From positions 1 to 38,843 of the forward strand of contig JBEKVQ010000005.1 in NCBI GenBank assembly GCA_049997815.1: a stretch of DNA of 38,843 nucleotides, read 5' to 3'. Position 1 is the stretch's first letter. Each line of letters begins with the position of its first letter. Origin of the DNA: Minisyncoccia bacterium. Its GTDB lineage: Bacteria > Patescibacteriota > Minisyncoccia > UBA6257 > GWB1-50-10. This document shows positions 15,975-25,869 of this stretch, piece by piece. The notes under the pieces were generated by a model that was given only the letters and a program-made list of their open reading frames with translations, searched no databases and was not told the DNA's origin. The translations under genes were made by a program, and so were the position numbers.

Positions 15975-18485
15975 ATGGCTTCATTTTTATCTAAACTATT
16001 CCCCAATACGATTCTTGCGGGCTACCAGAAAAAGGTGGCCTTGATTAACTCGCTCGAAGAAGAGATATCGAAACTGACGAGCGAGGAGCTTTTGGGTGAA
16101 TCAAAAAAACTGGGAGAGGAGGTTAAAAACGGCGGGGATTTGAACGAAGCCCTACCGAGGGCTTTTGCGCTCGCCCGGGAATCGGGAAAACGCACCCTGG
16201 GCCAGCGCCACTTCGACGTCCAGCTCATCGGCGGAATGACCCTGCATGACGGAAAGATAGCGGAAATGCTTACCGGTGAAGGAAAAACTCTCGCCGCCAC
16301 GCTTCCGGCTTATCTGAATGGGCTCACGGGCAAGGGCGTGCACGTCGTAACCGTGAACGACTATCTCGCGAAACGCGATGCGGTCTGGATGGGACAGATC
16401 TACCACGCTCTTGGGCTTACGGTTTCCTGCCTGCTTCATGACGGCGCTTACCGCTACGACCCGGCATTTGAGGCCGACCCCGAGGCCGACAAGGAACGGG
16501 ATATGTTCGGAAACTTCAAGGTGGTGGAAAAATTCCTCCGCCCCATCTCCCGGAAGGAGGCCTACGCTTGCGACATTACCTACGGGACCAATCACGAGTT
16601 CGGCTTCGACTTCCTGCGGGATAATCTCGCGCCCGCAACCGGTGCCTGCGTCCAGCGGGAATACTCTTTCGCCATCATCGACGAAGTGGACAGCATTTTG
16701 ATAGACGAAGCCCGAACGCCTCTAATAATTGCCGCGCCCGACAATCAGGCCAGCGAATTTTACAAAACCTTCGCCAAAATTGCGGAGAAACTCGAACCGG
16801 AAACGGATTATCTGACCGACGAGAAGCTCAAATCGGTGAACATCACCGAATCCGGCATCGAGAAGGTGGAAAAAATGGCGGGGGTCCAGAATATTTATTC
16901 TCCGGAAAATATCCGTCTCGTACACTTCCTTCAGGAATCCCTGAAGGCCAAAGCACTCTTCAAACTGGACCGCGACTACGTGGTCAAGAACGGCGAGATA
17001 ATAATCGTGGACGAATTTACCGGCCGGATGCTCTTCGGCCGCCGCTACTCGGGCGGACTGCACCAGGCGATAGAGGCCAAAGAAGGCGTGCAGGTAAAAG
17101 ATGAGAACCGCACCTACGCCCAGGTCACCATCCAAAACTACTTCCGGCTTTACAAGAAAATCGCCGGCATGACGGGCACGGCCCAGACCTCCGCCGAAGA
17201 ATTCCATAAGGTCTACAATCTGGACGTCATCTCGATTCCGCCGAACAAAGAGATGATCAGAAAAGACGAGGCGGATGCCATCTACAAAACCAAAGATGCA
17301 AAGTACCGGGCGGCCGTAGAAAGCATCAAGACCGAGCGGGCCAAGGGCCGACCGATACTGGTCGGCACCACCTCCATCGTGAACAACGAAATAATCTCCG
17401 AGCATCTCCGAAAAGCGGGAGTGCCCCATGAAGTGCTGAATGCCAAGAACCACGAACGCGAGGGCGCAATCATCGCCCAGGCGGGACGGGCGGGCGCGGT
17501 CACGGTCGCCACGAATATGGCCGGCCGGGGCGTGGACATCGTTCTGGGCGGGAACCCGCAGAATCTCGAAGAAGCCCAAAAAATAATAGAGGCGGGCGGA
17601 CTTTTCGTCATCGGCACCGAACGGCACGAAGCCCGGCGCATAGATAACCAATTGCGCGGACGTTCCGGGCGCCAAGGCGACCCCGGCTCTACGCAATTCT
17701 TTTTGTCGCTTGAGGACGATTTGATGAGAATCTTCGGTGGCGACCGGATAAAAAGCTTGATGCAGACCTTGAACTATCCGGAGGACATGCCTATTCAGGC
17801 AAATATCGTCGCGAAGGTCGTGAACCAAGCCCAAACCAAAGTGGAAGGCGCGAACTTTGATATCCGCCACCATCTTCTGGATTTTGACGACGTTCTAAAC
17901 AAACAAAGGACGGCAATATATTCCCGTCGGAGAAAGATTCTGGAAGCGGGAGAGAAGAATGAGATCTTACCAATTCTCAAGGAGACCATGGAGAACTTCG
18001 TACGCAACTCCCAAGAAAACCTAAGAAACCAGATGGAAGCGGAACCGGCGAAGCACGATGAACTCGAAAAACAAATTGAACACTTGGAAGAACATATCTC
18101 GAAATTGCCTGAGACGCTGGAACCGGAACGAGCGGCCATTATTGGCCAGCATCTCGTGAGAATCCTGGATACGCTCTGGGTGGACCACCTGGAAGGATTG
18201 GAAGCCCTCCGCGAATCCGTGAATATCCGCGCCTACGGCCAGCACGACCCGCTCGTGGAGTATCGGAGAGAAGCGCACATGCTGTACCAGCAACTGAGTA
18301 GCGCCTTCGAGTCGCTCACCTGGAACACCATCTTCCCCATCCTCGCTTTTGACCTGAAGCAGATGAATCTCCAGTCCCGGCAACAACCGCAAACGCCGCC
18401 CCCGCCGGAGTTCAGGGATATCGGCCGGAACGACCCCTGCTGGTGCGGTTCGGGAAAGAAGTTCAAGAAATGTCATGGAGCATAG
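15975..18485 (+). CDS. secA: Preprotein translocase subunit SecA
   Basis: TGEGKTL, VVTVNDYLA, IIDEVDSILIDEARTPLII, ATNMAGRG, RRIDNQLRGRSGRQGDPG, SEC-C motif GRNDPCWCGSGKKFKKCH. Confidence 0.99.
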   Translation: MASFLSKLFPNTILAGYQKKVALINSLEEEISKLTSEELLGESKKLGEEVKNGGDLNEALPRAFALARESGKRTLGQRHFDVQLIGGMTLHDGKIAEMLTGEGKTLAATLPAYLNGLTGKGVHVVTVNDYLAKRDAVWMGQIYHALGLTVSCLLHDGAYRYDPAFEADPEADKERDMFGNFKVVEKFLRPISRKEAYACDITYGTNHEFGFDFLRDNLAPATGACVQREYSFAIIDEVDSILIDEARTPLIIAAPDNQASEFYKTFAKIAEKLEPETDYLTDEKLKSVNITESGIEKVEKMAGVQNIYSPENIRLVHFLQESLKAKALFKLDRDYVVKNGEIIIVDEFTGRMLFGRRYSGGLHQAIEAKEGVQVKDENRTYAQVTIQNYFRLYKKIAGMTGTAQTSAEEFHKVYNLDVISIPPNKEMIRKDEADAIYKTKDAKYRAAVESIKTERAKGRPILVGTTSIVNNEIISEHLRKAGVPHEVLNAKNHEREGAIIAQAGRAGAVTVATNMAGRGVDIVLGGNPQNLEEAQKIIEAGGLFVIGTERHEARRIDNQLRGRSGRQGDPGSTQFFLSLEDDLMRIFGGDRIKSLMQTLNYPEDMPIQANIVAKVVNQAQTKVEGANFDIRHHLLDFDDVLNKQRTAIYSRRRKILEAGEKNEILPILKETMENFVRNSQENLRNQMEAEPAKHDELEKQIEHLEEHISKLPETLEPERAAIIGQHLVRILDTLWVDHLEGLEALRESVNIRAYGQHDPLVEYRREAHMLYQQLSSAFESLTWNTIFPILAFDLKQMNLQSRQQPQTPPPPEFRDIGRNDPCWCGSGKKFKKCHGA

Positions 18486-18500
18486 AGAGTATCGACCGAT

Positions 18501-19169
18501 ATGAAACTAGTTCCTTGGGTCAGAGATTACATTTATGCCGCCAAAGGACATGGACTTGCGTTCCTTTCGAGAAAACCGCCCGCCCACTATCTCGGATATA
18601 TAGAGAAAGGAAGGGCCCCCGTCGTGCTCATACCCGGGATATATACCAAGTGGCACTTTTTAAAGGCGATTGCAGACCCGCTATCAAATCTTGGGCATCC
18701 GATATATGTGGTTGATAAGCTGGGATATAACACCAAGGGGATTCCCGATGCCGCGAAACTGGTTCGTGAACTCATAGACGAAAAAAATCTCCAAAATGTC
18801 ATCATCATCGCGCACAGCAAAGGGGGGCTTGTCGGGAAATACCTCCTCGCGAAATACAATAATGATTCCCGGGTTAGGAAGATGATTGCTGTTGCAACGC
18901 CTTTCGGCGGAAGCCGACTCGCGCATTTCATCCCTCACCGTTCGGCGAAAGAGCTGGCTCCGGAAAGCGAGATTATCCGCGAACTGGAGAAAGAAGAGAA
19001 CATAAACCGGCTCATCGTCTCCGTCTTCGGCCTATTCGACAATCACGTACGGCCGACCTTGAGCTGCCGGCTTGAAGGCGCCAAGAACATCCAAATCCCG
19101 GTTTACGGCCATCATAAAATTCTTTTCAGTAGAGAAACGCTGAAAACGGTTTTGGAGGAAATAGAATGA
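18501..19169 (+). CDS. Alpha/beta-fold hydrolase (lipase/esterase-like)
   Basis: PVVLIPG, nucleophile elbow AHSKGG, ATPFGGS, C-terminal GHH. Confidence 0.88.
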   Translation: MKLVPWVRDYIYAAKGHGLAFLSRKPPAHYLGYIEKGRAPVVLIPGIYTKWHFLKAIADPLSNLGHPIYVVDKLGYNTKGIPDAAKLVRELIDEKNLQNVIIIAHSKGGLVGKYLLAKYNNDSRVRKMIAVATPFGGSRLAHFIPHRSAKELAPESEIIRELEKEENINRLIVSVFGLFDNHVRPTLSCRLEGAKNIQIPVYGHHKILFSRETLKTVLEEIE

Positions 19170-19597
19170 ACCATGTCGCGATAATGAAAAAATCGTGGGG
19201 GCTGACTGGAAAGATACTCTCGGGAGAGAAAAAAATGGAATCCAGGTGGTACGAAACGAGACGCGCTCCGTGGGGGAAGATTCACCCGGGCGAAACCGTT
19301 TATTTCAAGAATTCCGGCGAACCGGCAACCATTAAGGCCACGGTCTCCAGGGTTCTCCAATTCGAAGGGCTTACGCCGAGGACGGTCAAAACGCTACTCA
19401 GAAAATACGGCCGGGCGGACGGCATAGAGAAAAGTAAGGAAGATAAATTCTATAAAAGATTCAAGGATAAGAAATACTGTCTCCTTGTATTCCTGAAGAA
19501 TCCCAAAAGGATTAAACCGTTCGAAATAAATAAGCGTGGCTTCGGAATGCTCGCGGCGTGGATAAGCGTTCCGAAAATAGGTAAGATTAGGAAATGA
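19166..19597 (+). CDS. ASCH/PUA-like domain protein
   Basis: ILSGEKKMESR (GxKxxExR) motif and I.PGETVYFK. Confidence 0.8.
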   Translation: MNHVAIMKKSWGLTGKILSGEKKMESRWYETRRAPWGKIHPGETVYFKNSGEPATIKATVSRVLQFEGLTPRTVKTLLRKYGRADGIEKSKEDKFYKRFKDKKYCLLVFLKNPKRIKPFEINKRGFGMLAAWISVPKIGKIRK

Positions 19598-20559
19598 AGA
19601 GATTCGCCGTCATCGGTCTATGCATCGTAGTTCTCTTGATACTTTGCTATTTTATTTTCTTTGCGGCTCCAAACGGAAGCGCCGAAGCGGAAAGATTCGT
19701 GGTTCCGTTGAACGCCAGCCGTTCGCAGACAATACAATCGCTGGCTGACGGGGGATTCATAAAAAGTTCCTTCGGCTTCAATATTGCGCTCATTTTACGC
19801 GGAAAGTTCGGGACAATCGCCCCGGGCGGATACAAAGTTTCCAAGGGCCAGAACGCACTTCAGATAGCGGGAATCCTGTCCGGCGAACCGTATATGAAAT
19901 GGACGATCGTACCCGAAGGCTTGAGGAAAGAACAAATCGCGAACCAACTGGCCCAAACATTGAATTGGGACAATCAGACCAAGAACGAATTCTTGAACGA
20001 ATACGCTTCAAAGGGACAGGATTATAAGGAAGGGGTTTATTTCCCGGACACATATCTCTTGCCCAAGGACGAGACCGGCGGACAAATTGCGGAGAGATTC
20101 ATCGCACACTTCCAGGAAAAATTCGCGCCTTACGCTCCGCAATTCGCGAAACAGAACGTGAAGTGGACGACGGCGATAAAGATAGCGTCGCTCGTCCAAA
20201 GGGAAGCAGCGGGAGAAAGCGATATGCCGCTCATTGCCGGCATAATCTGGAACCGGCTCCTGCAGGGCATGCCTCTCGCGATAGACGCCACGATTCAATA
20301 TGCCAAAGGCGGAACGGATGATGATTATTGGACACCCCTCGTTAAGGGAGATACTAAGATGGATTCTCTTTATAACACCTATCTGCACAAAGGTCTGCCG
20401 CCCACGCCCATCGCGAACCCGGGACTCCCGGCCATTCTCGCGGTTTTGAACCCCGCGAAAACCGATTGCCTTTACTATCTCCACGATTCTAGCGGGACCA
20501 TTCATTGCGCCGCCACCTATGCCGAGCACCAGAAAAATATAGAAAAATACCTGAAATGA
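19594..20559 (+). CDS. mltG: Endolytic transglycosylase MltG (YceG family)
   Basis: N-terminal TM, VPEG, EGVYFPDTY, IASLVQRE, YNTYLHKGLPPTPIANPG. Confidence 0.95.
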   Translation: MKRFAVIGLCIVVLLILCYFIFFAAPNGSAEAERFVVPLNASRSQTIQSLADGGFIKSSFGFNIALILRGKFGTIAPGGYKVSKGQNALQIAGILSGEPYMKWTIVPEGLRKEQIANQLAQTLNWDNQTKNEFLNEYASKGQDYKEGVYFPDTYLLPKDETGGQIAERFIAHFQEKFAPYAPQFAKQNVKWTTAIKIASLVQREAAGESDMPLIAGIIWNRLLQGMPLAIDATIQYAKGGTDDDYWTPLVKGDTKMDSLYNTYLHKGLPPTPIANPGLPAILAVLNPAKTDCLYYLHDSSGTIHCAATYAEHQKNIEKYLK

Positions 20560-20687
20560 GAAAAGGCCATTCAAAAATAGGCAATCGTCCCGGAAAACCG
20601 GCCTATCGGACATCGGCGGTTTTCCGGTACAAACAAAATTTCAAAATTCAGAAATATAAGGAGAAAAACCAAATAAGGCTTAAATGA
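20556..20687 (+). CDS. Small basic hypothetical peptide (43 aa)
   Basis: ATGA overlaps with both the mltG stop and the downstream kinase start. Confidence 0.4.
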   Translation: MRKGHSKIGNRPGKPAYRTSAVFRYKQNFKIQKYKEKNQIRLK

Positions 20688-21658
20688 CGAAATCATCAAA
20701 AAAATGGTGGAAACAACCTGTAGAAAATATTTTCGGATCAAAATCGAAAATAAAAGGGATGCACCTTTTGAAACACTATGGAAATTCAAAGATAGGGATC
20801 TTCAGAATGAAAGGCGACGCAAGGACCTATCTGATAAAGGACTATAATGAACGAAAATTCGGCTATCAAGAGATCAAAAATCTGAAAAATATAAGGGACA
20901 TTGGCACATTCCACAAACCGATTTTCGTGGCCAACTATAAAAATTTCTTCGTTGAAGAGTTCATCAAGGGTAAAATAATGCAGGACATTCTGGAAAAAGA
21001 AACGAATAGGGAGAATGTAAGAAATCTGTATTTGAAAGCCGTTGACGAATTGGTGAAGATACATACGTCGGCCGGATTCTTAAAGAATAAAAACGATCTA
21101 AAAAATACGTTTAAGAGAGAGGAACTGAAAAGAAGGATAAATCTTTTCTTGTTCTACATCGAAAATTTCGGTTTCCCTTCCTACGAAAAATATGGAGGAA
21201 AAATAAAAAGAGAGTGGAGAAGGGCCGTAGAAAAAGTTCCTACAAACATTAAGAGGATGGTAAAACATCTAGGCATAAACGAAAAAAACTATCTGCTCGG
21301 GCACGGCGACTATAAACCGAACAATCTGATTCTTACCAAAAATGGGGAAATATACGTGATTGACTGGCTCGGCATGGCAAAAGCGCAACCCTGGTACGAT
21401 CTCGCTTATCTTTTGACAAGATTAACCGGGCATGAAAAGGAATTCTTTTTGAAAGAGTACCTGGAAAAAATGCACAAAAACGGCTATCTTAAGGAAACCT
21501 CTCTAAAAGAAGCGGAAAATCTCCTACGCACCGGCATAATCTATCAACAGCTACAGCGGGCAAAATCGAATGCTCATAGGATAAAATCAAAAAGAGACGT
21601 TCACCATATGAGGGAATTTTCCGCCGCTCTCGATGGTCTGGTCCACGTAATCTCATAA
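20684..21658 (+). CDS. Aminoglycoside phosphotransferase/choline kinase family protein
   Basis: HGDYKPNN (Brenner motif), VIDW and PWYDLAYL. Confidence 0.85.
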   Translation: MTKSSKKWWKQPVENIFGSKSKIKGMHLLKHYGNSKIGIFRMKGDARTYLIKDYNERKFGYQEIKNLKNIRDIGTFHKPIFVANYKNFFVEEFIKGKIMQDILEKETNRENVRNLYLKAVDELVKIHTSAGFLKNKNDLKNTFKREELKRRINLFLFYIENFGFPSYEKYGGKIKREWRRAVEKVPTNIKRMVKHLGINEKNYLLGHGDYKPNNLILTKNGEIYVIDWLGMAKAQPWYDLAYLLTRLTGHEKEFFLKEYLEKMHKNGYLKETSLKEAENLLRTGIIYQQLQRAKSNAHRIKSKRDVHHMREFSAALDGLVHVIS

Positions 21659-21659
21659 A

Positions 21660-22328
21660 ATGGGAAATCTCTACATAGTCGCTACACCCATAGGAAACCT
21701 GAAGGACATCTCTCTGCGGGCGTTGGAAATATTGAAGAGCGTTGATTTGATACTCGCGGAGGACACGCGCGTTGTCAACAAGCTGTTGGCTCACTATGAG
21801 ATAAGAAAACCCGTCTGGCGTTACGACGAATATGCGAAAGACGCTTCTTATGCCAAGATAAAAAATCTGCTCTTGAGGAGCAGCAACATCGCTCTCGTGA
21901 CGGACGCCGGAACGCCGGCCATTGCCGACCCGGGCTCGAAACTTATAACTTTTATTCAAAAAGAATTGCCAGAAGCGAAGATAATCCCGATTCCGGGGGC
22001 ATCGGCTCTCACAACCGCGCTTTCCGCTGCCGGAGTGAATGCCGACCAATTCACATTTCTGGGATACCCGCCCCACAAGAAAGGGAGACAGACATTTTTC
22101 AGAGAACTGAAAGAAATAAATATTCGGCCGATAGTTTTTTACGAATCTCCACATCGCGTAGAAAAAACATTCAGATCGCTGGAGGAAAACTTCGGCGACG
22201 CGGAGATAATCGTGGCGCGTGAGCTTACAAAAATTCACGAAGAGATCTGGCACGGCACCGCGAAAGCCGCCTCGGCTCATTTTCAAGGAGAAAAGAAAAA
22301 AGGGGAGTTCGTTATTATCATTCCTTGA
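21660..22328 (+). CDS. rsmI: 16S rRNA (cytidine1402-2'-O)-methyltransferase RsmI
   Basis: LYIVATPIGNL, AEDTR, DAGTPAIADPG, YESPHR, RELTKIHEE and KGEFV motifs. Confidence 0.98.
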   Translation: MGNLYIVATPIGNLKDISLRALEILKSVDLILAEDTRVVNKLLAHYEIRKPVWRYDEYAKDASYAKIKNLLLRSSNIALVTDAGTPAIADPGSKLITFIQKELPEAKIIPIPGASALTTALSAAGVNADQFTFLGYPPHKKGRQTFFRELKEINIRPIVFYESPHRVEKTFRSLEENFGDAEIIVARELTKIHEEIWHGTAKAASAHFQGEKKKGEFVIIIP

Positions 22329-22918
22329 TGATTAAAAGATCGCTGGACATTGTCGCTTCCATCTGCGGGCTAATTTTCATCCTGCCCTTCACGCTCTTTA
22401 TTGCTCTCGCAATCTATTTGGAAAGCGGTGGACCGGTCTTCGTCAAACTGGACCGGGTAAGCGAAGGAAAGATAATCAAGGTCTATAAATTCCGAAGCAT
22501 GGTCCAAAATGCTCATGAAATGAAGAAACAGCTGGAACACCTGAACGAAAGAAAGGACGGACCGCTCTTCAAAATGAAGAATGACCCGCGACTTACCAAA
22601 GTCGGAAAATTCTTGAGAAAATTCCGCTTGGACGAGTTCCCCCAATTCCTGAATGTTTTGAAGGGCGAGCTTTCGCTCGTTGGCCCGCGCCCCCACGAAC
22701 CGGAAGAGATGTTCCAATATCCGCCGAAGTTCAAGAAACTCTACTACGCGAAGGGGGGATTGACCGGATTATCCCAGGTGAAAGGTGCGTCGCTACTGCC
22801 TTTCAAGAAAGAGCTGGAATACGATCTTTATTATCTGGAACACCGATCGCTCTTATTGGATCTGAAAATCTTATTCAAGACGGTCTGGATATTTTTCTCG
22901 GACCCCACGGGAGTATAG
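22325..22918 (+). CDS. Bacterial sugar transferase (undecaprenyl-phosphate priming phosphoglycosyl transferase)
   Basis: KRSLDI, YKFRSM, DPRLTKVGKFLRKFRLDEFPQ and SLVGPRP motifs. Confidence 0.95.
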   Translation: MMIKRSLDIVASICGLIFILPFTLFIALAIYLESGGPVFVKLDRVSEGKIIKVYKFRSMVQNAHEMKKQLEHLNERKDGPLFKMKNDPRLTKVGKFLRKFRLDEFPQFLNVLKGELSLVGPRPHEPEEMFQYPPKFKKLYYAKGGLTGLSQVKGASLLPFKKELEYDLYYLEHRSLLLDLKILFKTVWIFFSDPTGV

Positions 22919-22925
22919 GGTAAAA

Positions 22926-22954
22926 TTGACAATAGCGCCGATTTGTGATAATCT
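22926..22954 (+). promoter_or_regulatory. Sigma70-type promoter for the lipoprotein gene
   Basis: TTGACA (22926-22931), 17-bp spacer, TAATCT (22949-22954) with an extended TG. Confidence 0.55.
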
Positions 22955-23012
22955 TTTTACCAGACTTAAGGCTGTTGTCAAATCACATATCAACCACACA
23001 GGGAGACGGAAA

Positions 23013-23381
23013 ATGAAAATCCTAGCAATTGCTGTTTCGTTTATCGTTCTCATTCTTGCCAGCGGATGCGCCGCTTCAACCTCAAAGATCTACGGCGTGT
23101 CCAAACCATTCTCCATCACCACGGAATTTCTGAGGGCAAGCGGAAATGGTACGGGGAATACTATCCGCGAAGCGACGGAAAACGCCATTCTCGACGCCAG
23201 CATGAAACTTGAAAAATTACTCCCCGACGAGAATATTAACGACATCAAGAGATTGATTATCACCGATACTCTGCAGATCGTATTGAACGGCGACAAATAT
23301 TCCGCTCACTTGAGCCTGCGAAAAGCTTATAAACTGACCATCGCTCCGAGTAGGGTGACTATGCCGCCGAAGGTGGACTAA
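23013..23381 (+). CDS. Putative lipoprotein
   Basis: MKILAIAVSFIVLILASG-C lipobox; GGGAG upstream of the ATG at 23013. Confidence 0.7.
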   Translation: MKILAIAVSFIVLILASGCAASTSKIYGVSKPFSITTEFLRASGNGTGNTIREATENAILDASMKLEKLLPDENINDIKRLIITDTLQIVLNGDKYSAHLSLRKAYKLTIAPSRVTMPPKVD

Positions 23382-23473
23382 ATTGAAGACATTCCGGCAA
23401 CGCCGGCAGTCCCAAGGAATTTTTTTTTCTTGGGATTTTTGTTTTTTGTGCAGGACGCGATACAATCAGAACA

Positions 23474-24580
23474 ATGCGCATTGCCATCACTCACGACTAT
23501 CTCAATCAATTCGGCGGGGCGGAACGGGTCTTGAAAACGCTTCTCGAGATGTTCCCAGAGGCCGACCTCTACACTCTTCTTTACGACAAGGAAAAAACGA
23601 ACGGGATATTCGAGGGCAAGGTAAAGGGTACGAGCTTTCTGGATATGCCGGGCGTGAAGAGCCGACATCGCGCCTTCATTCCGTTAATGCCTATCGCGAC
23701 GGCGCTTCTAAAACCCAAGGAAGAATACGATCTGGTGATTTCTTCCACCGCCGGTTACGGAAAGGGAATCAGGATAAAAGCGCCGTACCACATCAGCTAT
23801 TGCCACAGCCCGCTTCGCTACGCCTGGGAGATAGATTATCTGAAGAACCTACCCTTTTCTCCCTGGCCCCTCTCGCACTACATTTCCCACCCTGTCGCGC
23901 ACCTTCTCCGAAATTGGGATAAGCGTGCTGCTAGAAACGTAAACTTCTTCATAGCCAACTCCGATTTCATCGCGAGCAAGATAAGGTCCTACTATGGACG
24001 CGATGCCGTGACGGTCTATCCGCCGGTGGACACCGGAACGTTCTATTTAGAGCCAGAGACAAAACAAAAAGATTATTATCTAATGGTCGGCCGCCTGCTT
24101 TATTACAAGGGCTTCGACTGGGGCATTTTGGCCTTCAATCAATTGAGAAAACCCCTGAAGATCGTCGGCCGCGGGCCGGAACTGGAAAAACTCAAAAAAT
24201 TGGCCAAATCGCCACTCATCGAATTCATCTCCAATAACCCCAAAGACAGCGAACTCAGAAAAACCTACAACGAAGCCAAAGCGCTTATTTTTCCGCAGAT
24301 AGAGGACTTCGGCCTCGTCGCCGCCGAGGCCCAGGCCTGCGGATTGCCGGTCATCGCTTTCGACCAGGGCGGAGGACGGGAAATAGTGGAACACAAAAAG
24401 ACCGGAATCCTTTTCAACCAAGAACAATCGCCGGAAGCGATAGCCAGGGCCGTAAGAGAATTCGAGAATTTCCATTTCAACCGGAAAGCCATCGCCAAAT
24501 CCGCCGAACGCTTTTCAAAAGAGAGCTTCAAGAAGAATTTCCTGGCCGCCGCCGAACGATTCGGATTCAAACTCGGATAA
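23474..24580 (+). CDS. Glycosyltransferase family 4
   Basis: HDYLNQFGGAERVL, YCHSPLRYAW and EDFGLVAAEAQACGLPVI motifs. Confidence 0.95.
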   Translation: MRIAITHDYLNQFGGAERVLKTLLEMFPEADLYTLLYDKEKTNGIFEGKVKGTSFLDMPGVKSRHRAFIPLMPIATALLKPKEEYDLVISSTAGYGKGIRIKAPYHISYCHSPLRYAWEIDYLKNLPFSPWPLSHYISHPVAHLLRNWDKRAARNVNFFIANSDFIASKIRSYYGRDAVTVYPPVDTGTFYLEPETKQKDYYLMVGRLLYYKGFDWGILAFNQLRKPLKIVGRGPELEKLKKLAKSPLIEFISNNPKDSELRKTYNEAKALIFPQIEDFGLVAAEAQACGLPVIAFDQGGGREIVEHKKTGILFNQEQSPEAIARAVREFENFHFNRKAIAKSAERFSKESFKKNFLAAAERFGFKLG

Positions 24581-24714
24581 TCCCGCACCCTTCAAGGATC
24601 TCGCTAGTTAACGATAGAGATAATCATGAATCAAACACCAAATATGAATCCGAAACGATTTCAGAAACCGCCTCTTTGTCGCGAGACGGAGTTAATCCTT
24701 GAAGGGTGAGGGAT
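24580..24714. mobile_element. MITE-like element with 20-bp terminal inverted repeats (19/20 match)
   Basis: ATCCCGCACCCTTCAAGGAT (24580-24599) / ATCCTTGAAGGGTGAGGGAT (24695-24714); spans the whole intergenic gap. Confidence 0.6.
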
Positions 24715-25867
24715 GAGAATATTTATAGACATCCGCTCGCTCGATGCTCATTTCGCGAGTGGCGTGCCGGGATACGTGAAATTGCTCGTGGAGAACATGC
24801 TCGCGGAAGCACCGGAAGAAAGATACATTTTTTTCGCCAACTCCTTTCGCCGCAATTTGGAGAAGACCGATCTGCCCCAGAAGTACAAGGGCACCTGGCT
24901 CAATTTCGGCATCCCCAACCGACTCTTTGACTCCGTAAATCATTTCTTGAAACTCCCCAAAATAGATAAGCTCGTGCCGGCCGACGTTTTCTTCAGCCCA
25001 CATTTCAACATTCTCTCCTTCCAAAATCCGAATAAGCACGTCCTCACGGTCCACGACATTTCTTTCCTCCATTACCCGGATTTCTTCTCCCGCCGGAAAC
25101 AAATATGGCACTGGCAGCAAAAATGGAGAGAGCAGATGGAAAATGCCGGCCGCATAATCGCGAACTCCGATTTCACCGCCCAAGACCTGTCCGAAACCCT
25201 GAAACTCGATCCAAAAAAAATCACCCGTATTTACCCGGGCGTTGACGATTTTTACAGGCAACTTCCCAAAAACGACGTGAGACTGAGCCGCTTCCGGAAC
25301 GAAAGAGGACTGAACAGACCGTTCATTCTTTCGGTCGGAACGCTGGAACCGCGCAAGAACGTGAGCGCACTCATCCGCGCCTTCAACTATCTGAAACAAT
25401 CGCCCGGTTTGAAAGACCTGGGACTTGTGATCGCCGGGCCGCGCGGCTGGCTCTATGATAAAATTCTGAAGGAGACTGAATCATCCCCCTACCGCGACAG
25501 GATAAGGATTTGGGGCCGCGCCACGCCCGAGGAAATCCTTTTTCTTTACAACTTGGCCTCGGTCTTCGTCTATCCTTCGTTCTTCGAAGGATTCGGATTC
25601 CCGCCGCTTGAAGCCCAGAATTGCGGCTTGCCGGTCGTGGCTTCCAATCGTTCATCGTTGCCGGAAGTGCTCGGAAATTCCGCGCTCCTCGCAGACCCAT
25701 GGCGGATAAGCGAGCTCGCGCTGGCGATTGAATCGGTACTGAGGGATCATAAAATGTCCGAGATGCTCAAGGCAAGGGGCTTTGAAAATGCAAGGAAATT
25801 CGATTGGAAGAAATCCGCTCGCGAAGTCATCGCGCTCTTGAAATTACAGGCGCACAATAATACATAA
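24713..25867 (+). CDS. Glycosyltransferase family 4 (group 1)
   Basis: LTVHDISF, VGTLEPRKN and PSFFEGFGFPPLEA motifs. Confidence 0.95.
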   Translation: MRIFIDIRSLDAHFASGVPGYVKLLVENMLAEAPEERYIFFANSFRRNLEKTDLPQKYKGTWLNFGIPNRLFDSVNHFLKLPKIDKLVPADVFFSPHFNILSFQNPNKHVLTVHDISFLHYPDFFSRRKQIWHWQQKWREQMENAGRIIANSDFTAQDLSETLKLDPKKITRIYPGVDDFYRQLPKNDVRLSRFRNERGLNRPFILSVGTLEPRKNVSALIRAFNYLKQSPGLKDLGLVIAGPRGWLYDKILKETESSPYRDRIRIWGRATPEEILFLYNLASVFVYPSFFEGFGFPPLEAQNCGLPVVASNRSSLPEVLGNSALLADPWRISELALAIESVLRDHKMSEMLKARGFENARKFDWKKSAREVIALLKLQAHNNT

Positions 25868-25869
25868 AA

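Noticed and set aside
16722-17873. Long antisense ORFs (383 aa here; also 28805-30028, 34788-35678, 4714-5424, 21489-22286 and others)
   Set aside because: They are shadows of well-conserved + strand genes (secA, lepA, uvrA, ftsI, rsmI) and have no motifs of their own.
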